From Sphingobacterium sp. (lineage in GTDB: Bacteria > Bacteroidota > Bacteroidia > Sphingobacteriales > Sphingobacteriaceae): 64,000 bases of DNA. The translations under genes were made by a program, and so were the position numbers. Shown here in pieces: positions 35,528-43,215 of this stretch. The notes under the pieces are model-generated. The model was given only the letters and a program-made list of their open reading frames with translations, made no database searches and had not been told where the DNA came from. The DNA lies in NCBI GenBank assembly GCA_048595255.1, contig JBMDWK010000025.1, positions 4,342 through 68,341 on the forward strand. Direction: 5' to 3'. The first letter of the stretch is position 1; every line of letters starts with the position of its first letter.

Positions 35528-37141
35528 ATGAAAATGTTTAAAACGATTAAAAGTAGTTTTTACTATATATTATTAGCTTCAGCATGTACAGTAATGAATG
35601 CATGTACAGATTTGGATGAAAAAGTATATTCTGAGGTGTTATCTAGCGATTTTCAACCATCCGAGCGGGATTTGCCATATATCATGGCTCCAGTTTATTC
35701 ATCATTTCGTACGCTTATGTTTGGTTGGCAAGGTTATTTTGATTTACAGGAAGAGTCCGCAGACCATATCATTACACCCGTCAGACCTAATGGCTGGGAT
35801 GATGGAGGTACTTATCGTCGTATGCACCAACACGCTTGGAATGCGTTGCAATGGCAACCATACAATACTTGGCAACAGGCGTATTCGAGTATTACCAAGG
35901 CAAATATGGTGATCATGCAGATAGAAGATGGTACTTTGCCTTTACAAGGAGATGTCGCTAAAGCTGCTATAGCCGAATTACGTGCTGCAAGAGCACTAGC
36001 ATACTACCTCTTATTGGACAATCATGGTAACGTACCTATCGTAACAGATTATCGTGATGTCGAATTGCCACAACAAAAAACACGCAAGGAATTGTATGAT
36101 TTTTTATTGAAAGAATTAACGGAAGCTATTCCTGATCTGTCTACAGAAGTGAGCTCCATGTATGGTAGAATGAATGTATGGGCAGCTAAATCGTTATTAG
36201 CCAGAATATACTTGAATGCACAAGTATACATAGGTACTCCAGAATGGGAAAAAGTAATCACACTGACGAATGAAATTATAAACTCCAATCATTATCGGTT
36301 GGATAATGATTACAAAAATGTGTTCTCATCAACAAATCACACTTCTCCCGAAATAATCTTTGCTGTACCTTATGATGAAATCTATGGTCAGGGTAGTCAG
36401 TTACATATGAAAACTTTAGATCCCTTGAGCCGATTGGTATATAATATGACTGCTGGTCCTTGGGGAGGTAACTGTGCTGTTCCTCAATTCATAGATACTT
36501 ACGATGTAGAGGACCAACGTCTTTATGATAGTTGGATTCAAGGTCCTCAATACCATGCTTCTTCGGGAGAGTTGGTGATTACTTATGTCAAAGAAGTTCC
36601 AGGTATAGGTGGTGATGGAACTATCGCTCCTTCAAATTCTGGCTACCGTATAGGTAAATATGCAATCAAAAATGGAGCAACTAACAATCTCGATAATGAT
36701 TACCCAATGTTCAGATACGCGGAAATCTTAATGATGAAAGCAGAAGCTCTTTTAAGAACAGGAAGAGCTAATGAGGCTGCTGGATTAGTAACACAAGTGC
36801 GCGAAAGAGCTTTCCGTATTAATCCAACAAAAGCAACAGTTACAGGAGCACAATTGAATGGTGGTAGTGTCTATAATTATGGATTGCAAAATAAAAACGG
36901 AACAGTTAATGGATCCGCAGGAGGAGCTGACATACAATATGGACGTTTCTTGGATGAATTAGGATGGGAATTTACTGCGGAAGCCAAGAGAAGACAAGAT
37001 ATTATCCGCTTTGGCGTATTTCAAACCAAATCATGGTTTAATCATAGCCCACATGTCAATGCGCAAAGCCGAACATTATTTCCTATTCCCGAAAATGAAT
37101 TAAACAAAAACTCGAATCTGAGCCAAAATCAAGGATATTAA
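35528..37141 (+). CDS. susD: SusD/RagB lipoprotein (pair 2)
   Basis: Lipobox NAC; 'RAARALAYYLLLDNHGNVP', 'FRYAEILMMKAEA', 'ELGWEFTAEAKRRQDIIRF'. Confidence 0.93.
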   Translation: MKMFKTIKSSFYYILLASACTVMNACTDLDEKVYSEVLSSDFQPSERDLPYIMAPVYSSFRTLMFGWQGYFDLQEESADHIITPVRPNGWDDGGTYRRMHQHAWNALQWQPYNTWQQAYSSITKANMVIMQIEDGTLPLQGDVAKAAIAELRAARALAYYLLLDNHGNVPIVTDYRDVELPQQKTRKELYDFLLKELTEAIPDLSTEVSSMYGRMNVWAAKSLLARIYLNAQVYIGTPEWEKVITLTNEIINSNHYRLDNDYKNVFSSTNHTSPEIIFAVPYDEIYGQGSQLHMKTLDPLSRLVYNMTAGPWGGNCAVPQFIDTYDVEDQRLYDSWIQGPQYHASSGELVITYVKEVPGIGGDGTIAPSNSGYRIGKYAIKNGATNNLDNDYPMFRYAEILMMKAEALLRTGRANEAAGLVTQVRERAFRINPTKATVTGAQLNGGSVYNYGLQNKNGTVNGSAGGADIQYGRFLDELGWEFTAEAKRRQDIIRFGVFQTKSWFNHSPHVNAQSRTLFPIPENELNKNSNLSQNQGY

Positions 37142-37253
37142 AATTTAATGTGATGGTTTGACGCTCCATTTAATATATCAAAAGCTTTTCAAAGTTTTGT
37201 AATAGTCCTTTGACCGTATATTAGTGAGTAACCAACTAAAGAAGCCTCTTCCA

Positions 37254-37288
37254 AAAAAGAAAGCCATTACGAGTATGGCTTTCTTTTT
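37254..37288. terminator. Bidirectional terminator
   Basis: AAAAAGAAAGCCAT-7nt-ATGGCTTTCTTTTT between convergent genes. Confidence 0.85.
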
Positions 37289-37289
37289 A

Positions 37290-37889
37290 TTACGAATCTC
37301 TTTTCATCTGTTCATCTAAGAGTTGGCGTTTTAGCTTTTGTTCAGTTTCTAGTGCTTTTTTCTTGAATGTCTGTAATTCGCTTTGTAATTCTTCGGCAGT
37401 TTTTTGATGTTCTACAGCATCAACTTTCGCTTTGCGGAACGAAATTAAAAGAATGAAAAAAGCAAGTCCCAAGACCGTAATGATGCTCCATACAAGCGTG
37501 TGGTATGCGGATTTAGAAAAATCCATGCCTAAGAAGGAAATGCTATCTGTCTTGGCGCGCTCTGCAGCTAGGTCCGTGCTCAATGTCTGTACCGAGTCCT
37601 TCAGCGACTGAATCTGTTGTGTAGACGTAGACGTAGAATTTTTTAGTGATGCAATTTCTTTTGTATATCGTGATAAAGAGTCTGCTACATTTCGTTGTAT
37701 AATTTCTACATTACTTCTACGAATTATCTTAAAATCAGCGTCTTGATTGCGCGACTGATTAAGCAAAGTCTGGAATTGAGCATTTATAGGGATGTTCGAT
37801 TGAAGTTTTTGCTGTAAAGTAGGCTGCGGTTGGGCAATAGAAGCAAAGGATATTAAGGTAAAAATGAATGCGAGAGATATTTTATACAT
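37290..37889 (-). CDS. Hypothetical membrane protein (signal peptide, coiled coil, one TM, cytoplasmic coiled coil)
   Basis: Architecture read from the translation; no catalytic motif seen. Confidence 0.75.
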   Translation of the reverse strand: MYKISLAFIFTLISFASIAQPQPTLQQKLQSNIPINAQFQTLLNQSRNQDADFKIIRRSNVEIIQRNVADSLSRYTKEIASLKNSTSTSTQQIQSLKDSVQTLSTDLAAERAKTDSISFLGMDFSKSAYHTLVWSIITVLGLAFFILLISFRKAKVDAVEHQKTAEELQSELQTFKKKALETEQKLKRQLLDEQMKRDS

Positions 37890-38014
37890 AGTATTTTGAT
37901 ATTTTCTTGATTGCTAGGCGTAAAGTTGTTAAATAATTTGGTCAATAGCAAAAATACCAGCTTTTAAATCTTGAATAACTCTAATCACCACGACATTAAT
38001 GGACTATATACAAT

Positions 38015-38042
38015 AAAAAAGCTCCAACGAATTGGAGCTTTT
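38015..38042 (-). terminator. Intrinsic terminator after the DUF4136 gene
   Basis: AAAAGCTCCAA-cgaa-TTGGAGCTTTT with an A-run on + (U-tract on -). Confidence 0.8.
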
Positions 38043-38045
38043 GGT

Positions 38046-38609
38046 TTATTTTATTTGTAAGGGATATTTTTTCATTACACCTTCCACGATTTTGGGTAGG
38101 TTGTTGATTGCTTTCTCTGGCACATTGACCTCAGATGTTCCACGAGCTTGCCATATTACTGATTTTGATTTCGTATCTAAAGCTTCTAGTATAATATGAC
38201 CATATCGTACACGTCGTTCACCGACTACATACGGATGGTAATTATACCCATAGAATCCCCATGGCTGGTACCAACCCCATGGTCCACCAAATGCATATGG
38301 ATGAGCGTGAACCAAGCGTTTTTTATTGTTGACAATAGTCACGTAGCGGAATAAAATATCTGGATTATCCTTGCTGTATTGGAGACCTCTGCGTTCTATT
38401 TCCTTATTAGCTGTAGTCATTATATTATGCTTAGCTATATCATTATTGAAATAGTCTTTGGACAAAGAATCAATAGGAGGTAACCATCCATACGTTTTAT
38501 ATTGATTAAAATCTAAATTTTGAATACGTGTCGTGTTATACCGATTGGATGAGCATGAAGCTACCCCAAATAGCACCACAGCAATGAATATTATACCTAA
38601 ATTTTTCAT
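38046..38609 (-). CDS. DUF4136-like lipoprotein
   Basis: Lipobox ASC; 'FNQYKTYGW', 'PDIL', G/Y/P-rich insert, 'VIWQARG'. Confidence 0.75.
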   Translation of the reverse strand: MKNLGIIFIAVVLFGVASCSSNRYNTTRIQNLDFNQYKTYGWLPPIDSLSKDYFNNDIAKHNIMTTANKEIERRGLQYSKDNPDILFRYVTIVNNKKRLVHAHPYAFGGPWGWYQPWGFYGYNYHPYVVGERRVRYGHIILEALDTKSKSVIWQARGTSEVNVPEKAINNLPKIVEGVMKKYPLQIK

Positions 38610-38673
38610 AATTAAGCCAGATTATATAGCATATGACATGGGAATATAAAAAAGGTTTAATTTAATTTTTCAA

Positions 38674-39462
38674 TTATTTCCATTCCTCCGGAATATCACA
38701 TACGGGTATAGGTTGAATTTTGTGCTGCGCAGCTTTGTGCATGCGATCAAATATTTTGAATACCTCCAAATCCCTGCCTGTATAGTCGTTTTCGGTCTTT
38801 GTGCCGTATTCTTTTTGGATTTTTTCGAGTTCTGGATAAGTGGCGCCGATCTGTTGTTCGTCGGTCCGTTCGGCATCCCACAATCCATCAGTCGGTATGG
38901 CATTTTTGATGCTTTCTGGCAGATCCAGCGCTCTCGCTAAAGCGTAGACTTCTGTTTTGTAAAGATCCGCTATAGGGGAGAGGTCGACTCCTCCATCGCC
39001 ATATTTGGTGTAGAAACCAATACCAAAGTCTTCTACTTTATTGCCTGTACCGCATACTAATAGCGCGTTCGTCTGACCATAATAGTAAAGAGACAACATG
39101 CGCAATCGCGATCGTGTATTCGCTAATGCTAAATCTCTATGAAGAATATCCGGTTGATTTGCGTCAAAGATCTTTGTTAATTCATCAAAGGCAGAAGTCA
39201 AATCTATATTAAGTCCTCTTACATTCGTGAATTTGGCTTTCAGATAATCAATATGTTCTGAAGCACGGTCGACTTGATCCGCCTTTTGACGAATAGGCAT
39301 CTGTACCACCAATACTTCCATACCCGTCATGGCACACAGTGTTGAGACTACACCCGAGTCCACACCGCCCGATACACCTACTACGAATCCCTTTACTTTT
39401 GCATTATGCGCATAATCTTTCAGCCACGTAACAATTCTATCGATGATTTTTTCTGTCTGCAT
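38674..39462 (-). CDS. nadE: NH3-dependent NAD+ synthetase
   Basis: 'GVSGGVDS', 'NTRSRLRM', 'GTGNKVE', 'FYTKYGDGGVD', 'PIADLYKTEV'. Confidence 0.95.
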   Translation of the reverse strand: MQTEKIIDRIVTWLKDYAHNAKVKGFVVGVSGGVDSGVVSTLCAMTGMEVLVVQMPIRQKADQVDRASEHIDYLKAKFTNVRGLNIDLTSAFDELTKIFDANQPDILHRDLALANTRSRLRMLSLYYYGQTNALLVCGTGNKVEDFGIGFYTKYGDGGVDLSPIADLYKTEVYALARALDLPESIKNAIPTDGLWDAERTDEQQIGATYPELEKIQKEYGTKTENDYTGRDLEVFKIFDRMHKAAQHKIQPIPVCDIPEEWK

Positions 39463-39481
39463 ATAGGTAATTTTTAAATAA

Positions 39482-39532
39482 AAAACGAGGTTAATACGAA
39501 TTTAAAGATAGAATTCGTATTAACCTCGTTTT
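39482..39532. repeat. 21-bp perfect inverted repeat (9-nt loop) upstream of nadE
   Basis: AAAACGAGGTTAATACGAATT / AATTCGTATTAACCTCGTTTT. Confidence 0.9.
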
Positions 39533-39552
39533 ATTTTCTTTTTTAGCTTCTA

Positions 39553-40209
39553 CTAAAAGAATATACCTAAGTTAAGGGCTACGTAAGATGACTTTGGTTT
39601 ACCTTCTTTGATGGCTCTACTGAATCCGTTGTTGAAAGTTATACCTGTCATTAAGCCTAGATTGTCGGATAGTGTCCATTCTTTACCGCCACCCAATTGT
39701 AGGCCTAAACGGAAGATGTTGTCGCCATCGATAGCTCTTTTGGTACCGTCGATTGTTTCTTTGCCCGATACCTTGATACCTGCTGTGAAACCAAATTGAC
39801 CATAAAATCTACCCGTTTCGTTTTCTTCTGATTTTAGTTTTATTGTCAATGGAACTTCTGCATATTGAAGACGGATTTTTTCTCTATCAGGTTCTCCCGC
39901 CGGAAAATCTACCTTAGAGTTGATAGATGTAATTAATAAACCGGTCGAGAAATAGTAGTTTTTAGAAAAACCTAAATCAGCTATCAAACCATAAGAAAAT
40001 CCTACTTTGGAGCTCGCATCATAATCATCATCATAACGTAACCAGCCGATATTCGGATTAACCGATAGACCTAAACGGAAATTTTTCTCTTCTGCGTAAT
40101 CCTTATTTTTTGATTTCGTGTAATAATCTTGCGCATTCGCTTTCGAAGCAAATAATAAAATTACTAGAGACGCTAATGTTGTGATTGTAGTTTTTGTAAA
40201 ATTTAACAT
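39553..40209 (-). CDS. Outer-membrane beta-barrel (porin/PorT-like) protein
   Basis: Signal peptide from ATG 40209; alternating beta-strands, 'YAEVPLTIKL', terminal Phe. Confidence 0.8.
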   Translation of the reverse strand: MLNFTKTTITTLASLVILLFASKANAQDYYTKSKNKDYAEEKNFRLGLSVNPNIGWLRYDDDYDASSKVGFSYGLIADLGFSKNYYFSTGLLITSINSKVDFPAGEPDREKIRLQYAEVPLTIKLKSEENETGRFYGQFGFTAGIKVSGKETIDGTKRAIDGDNIFRLGLQLGGGKEWTLSDNLGLMTGITFNNGFSRAIKEGKPKSSYVALNLGIFF

Positions 40210-40256
40210 TGTTATAATTTTAGTTTTAAATTTATGGTTATAACTTCGCGATACTG

Positions 40257-41294
40257 ATGAAATTAAAACCACTACAAAAGTATTTCTTTTTTTTTACAGT
40301 TGCTATAGCGTCTTGTCGTGAAACAACTACAATAAATCGTCCTAAAGTAAATCATATTGCAGTCGATGTAAAAATTGAGCGATTTGATAAAGAACTCGCA
40401 GCGATAAAACCAGAAGAACTGCTGTACTATAACAACCTGTGGCAACAAAAATATGGCGCATTTTATAATGACTATATGAACCAAATGCTACAAATCGGGG
40501 ACCCCAAGGATAGTATTCGCGTCTATGAATATCTGCGTCAGATTTTACTTCAAAAAGATTTTATCGACCTGAATAACGCCGTCATTAAGGCGTATCCGAA
40601 TATGGAGCGCTACGAAAAAGAATTGGCGACTGCGATGAAATATGTGAAACACTATTTTCCCAATTATACTATTCCACGATTCATTACATATGTGAGTGGT
40701 TTTGCTTACCAGACGCCGATAGGCGAAGATTATATCGGGATCGGACTGGATATGTTCCTGGGTGCAGATTCAGAGTTTTATCCTGCCTTGGTACAGTCCA
40801 TTCCGCTCTACATTTCGAGACGTTTTACTTCTGAAAATATTACGCCAAGAGTGGTCGAAGCATTGTTGCGCGAAGACCTTTACCCGTTGCCTGATCTTAC
40901 TCAAAATACCCTTCAGCATATGGTATACAATGGTAAGATTCTCTATGCGATGGATATGTTGTTGGAGGATGTGCCGGACGAAATAAAAATTGGCTACACA
41001 GCCGAGCAGTTGGCATGGGCCAAACGTTACGAAGCGGATGTGTGGACTTGGTTTTTGCAGGAGAACTTACTGTACCACACCGATTATTTGCGTATTCAGA
41101 AATATTTTACCGAAGCGCCTTTCACACCGGAACTCGGAGAAAATAATGAATCGGCGCCAAAGCTGGGCACTTACATCGGCTGGAAGATTGTTCGAAAATA
41201 TATGGATAAACATCCAGAGGTCACGCTCAAGGAATTGCTGGAAGATACTGATGCTCAGTTTATTCTAGAAAAGTCAAAATATAAAGGCAAATAA
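40257..41294 (+). CDS. gldB: GldB-family lipoprotein
   Basis: Lipobox ASC; 'KIERFDKEL', 'IGLDMFLG', 'APFTPEL..ESAPKLGTYIGWKIVRKYM'; sits near nadE as in other Bacteroidota. Confidence 0.85.
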   Translation: MKLKPLQKYFFFFTVAIASCRETTTINRPKVNHIAVDVKIERFDKELAAIKPEELLYYNNLWQQKYGAFYNDYMNQMLQIGDPKDSIRVYEYLRQILLQKDFIDLNNAVIKAYPNMERYEKELATAMKYVKHYFPNYTIPRFITYVSGFAYQTPIGEDYIGIGLDMFLGADSEFYPALVQSIPLYISRRFTSENITPRVVEALLREDLYPLPDLTQNTLQHMVYNGKILYAMDMLLEDVPDEIKIGYTAEQLAWAKRYEADVWTWFLQENLLYHTDYLRIQKYFTEAPFTPELGENNESAPKLGTYIGWKIVRKYMDKHPEVTLKELLEDTDAQFILEKSKYKGK

Positions 41295-41325
41295 AAAAGG
41301 GTACATCTTTCGGATGTACCCTTTT
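41295..41325. terminator. Bidirectional terminator
   Basis: AAAAGGGTACATC-tttcg-GATGTACCCTTTT. Confidence 0.85.
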
Positions 41326-41343
41326 ATCTATTTTCAAATATTT

Positions 41344-41922
41344 TTATTTAATATTTACGACTTCAATCTCGAAGAATAATGGAGAATTGGCCGGGATTTT
41401 ACCTTGTTGGCTGGCTCCATAACCATAATAAGAAGGCGTTACAATTCGGATTTTGCTTCCTATTTGTAGACCGGAAGGTGTAAGGCCGCCAAATTTAAAT
41501 TCGCCTATATCTTTTGGAATAAATGCCAGTTGCCATGCTCCAATCAAATTGTTCAATTTGCTGGTAAGACCAGCTGTTGTTGTATTGGAATCAAACACAG
41601 AATTATCCGAAATCAGCTTACCTGTATAACGAACGGTAATTGTCGGCATGCGCAACGCTTTTACGGTTTGTCCATACATGTTTGTCGTATCGACTACTTT
41701 GTATTCATAGCTATTGGGCATTCCTTCATCTACAATTTCAAACCATATTCCAGTAGTATCATTAAGTGTCATTTCAGGATAATTACTGTTTACATAGGAT
41801 TTGATAATTGGTTTTTCAGATTCGAATTGAGCAATAGGATCAAAGACATTACTCTCCTTTGTACATGCTGTAAAAAGAGATATAATGATTGTTAGGCAAA
41901 ATAATTGTTTAATAAAATTCAT
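41344..41922 (-). CDS. FKBP-type peptidyl-prolyl isomerase lipoprotein
   Basis: Lipobox TAC from ATG 41922; 'VRYTGKL..VFDS', 'LIGAW', 'PSYYGYG', 'IPANSPLFFEIEV'. Confidence 0.85.
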   Translation of the reverse strand: MNFIKQLFCLTIIISLFTACTKESNVFDPIAQFESEKPIIKSYVNSNYPEMTLNDTTGIWFEIVDEGMPNSYEYKVVDTTNMYGQTVKALRMPTITVRYTGKLISDNSVFDSNTTTAGLTSKLNNLIGAWQLAFIPKDIGEFKFGGLTPSGLQIGSKIRIVTPSYYGYGASQQGKIPANSPLFFEIEVVNIK

Positions 41923-41936
41923 AGCTCTAAAATAAC

Positions 41937-41973
41937 AAAAAAGAGATAAAATCATATATTTTATCTCTTTTTT
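41937..41973 (-). terminator. AT-rich 16-bp hairpin between the two FKBP genes
   Basis: AAAAAAGAGATAAAAT-catat-ATTTTATCTCTTTTTT. Confidence 0.6.
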
Positions 41974-41983
41974 TATCCTTCGA

Positions 41984-42637
41984 TTATTGAATTTCTAGAA
42001 CTTCAATTTCGTACACTAGAGGTGAATTCGCAGGAATGTCACCAACTTTGTTTCCACCGAAAGCCCACAAAGATGGCGTAATGTATCTGATTTTACTTCC
42101 TTTTTTCAGACCATCCTTAGTCAATCCGCCCAATCCACTAATTTTCACATCTACACCATTGAATTTTACTGCATAAGGGAAAAATGCAAAATACCAGGAG
42201 TTGTTGAAAATATTGTTACTACCTGTAGTAAATGAATATTGGGTTCCTTGTAAGTCTGACTGAACTACTGTGCCATTTAATAATTTTGCCGTATACTTTG
42301 CCTTGAAAGTAGGTGCTGTCAATTGTTGCGTATTTACGGCTTTGTATTCGTAAGAATTGTCCGTAGGTGGGTTAAGGATTTCGTACCAAATACCTCTATT
42401 TACGGGGCCTTTATTCAAGTATGTATACCTGATTTTTACAGTATCCTCTACCTCGTTTTGAAAATGTAGATTGACATATTCTTCGATTTTGATCTTTTCT
42501 GCACTAAGAATAGAGTCTATAGCTCGCTCTTGTTGTAAAATTTGTTGTTCGTAATCGACATCAACACTATCATTACATGAAGTAAATGTAATGGCCATTA
42601 ATACAGCAGCAGTTAGTGTGCTAAATAAGTTTTTCAT
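41984..42637 (-). CDS. FKBP-like lipoprotein with diverged active site
   Basis: Lipobox TSC; 'KYTAKLLNG', 'KKGSKIRYITPSLWAFG', 'IPANSPLVYEIEV'. Confidence 0.75.
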   Translation of the reverse strand: MKNLFSTLTAAVLMAITFTSCNDSVDVDYEQQILQQERAIDSILSAEKIKIEEYVNLHFQNEVEDTVKIRYTYLNKGPVNRGIWYEILNPPTDNSYEYKAVNTQQLTAPTFKAKYTAKLLNGTVVQSDLQGTQYSFTTGSNNIFNNSWYFAFFPYAVKFNGVDVKISGLGGLTKDGLKKGSKIRYITPSLWAFGGNKVGDIPANSPLVYEIEVLEIQ

Positions 42638-42713
42638 AAAAAATAATTACTAGTTATAATAGAGCATAACGCTAAAAACAGACGGAATGCTACATGGTTT
42701 TACATTTTTTTTT

Positions 42714-43196
42714 CTAATTCGTTGATAAAGATTTTTCCATAACGAGTAAGAGCTGATTTAATTGTGCAGGATTTAGTAATCCGGGCTGTCTGAATAATGG
42801 ATTATAGGTAGCATCGAGAAGAATCCATGTCGGATAGGAGATTTGATCGCTTCCATTCAATGCTATTGCTAGCTCATGTGTACCCAAATTGATTCCTCGA
42901 GGTATGAATTTGTATTCTCTCCCTTGAAATACAACTTTATCCCTACTTTCAGCATTAAAGTCCACGAAGTAAAACTGATGATGTTGCTCAGCAAACTGTT
43001 TATTTTTCTGTATTTGTTGTTTCTGCATCGCACAATATTGACACCAGTCCGTCGAAATCAAAAGGAGTATAGGCTTCGGCTCTGTTTTCATCAAGCTATC
43101 TACTTTTGCAATGGGTACAGGAATAATCTGTGCAGATGCGTAGGCAGCTGCACAGGTATATATCATGAACAATATTAGCTTACGAACATGTAACAT
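42714..43196 (-). CDS. Exported thioredoxin-family protein
   Basis: Signal-like N-terminus, WCQYC motif, 'SYPT' cis-Pro loop. Confidence 0.85.
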   Translation of the reverse strand: MLHVRKLILFMIYTCAAAYASAQIIPVPIAKVDSLMKTEPKPILLLISTDWCQYCAMQKQQIQKNKQFAEQHHQFYFVDFNAESRDKVVFQGREYKFIPRGINLGTHELAIALNGSDQISYPTWILLDATYNPLFRQPGLLNPAQLNQLLLVMEKSLSTN

Positions 43197-43215
43197 AGTC
43201 GCTCTTTAAACTTTT

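Noticed and set aside
37290-37889. Possible enzyme annotation (e.g. methyltransferase) for the coiled-coil membrane protein
   Set aside because: No SAM-binding or other catalytic motif is visible; the architecture is signal + coiled coil + TM.
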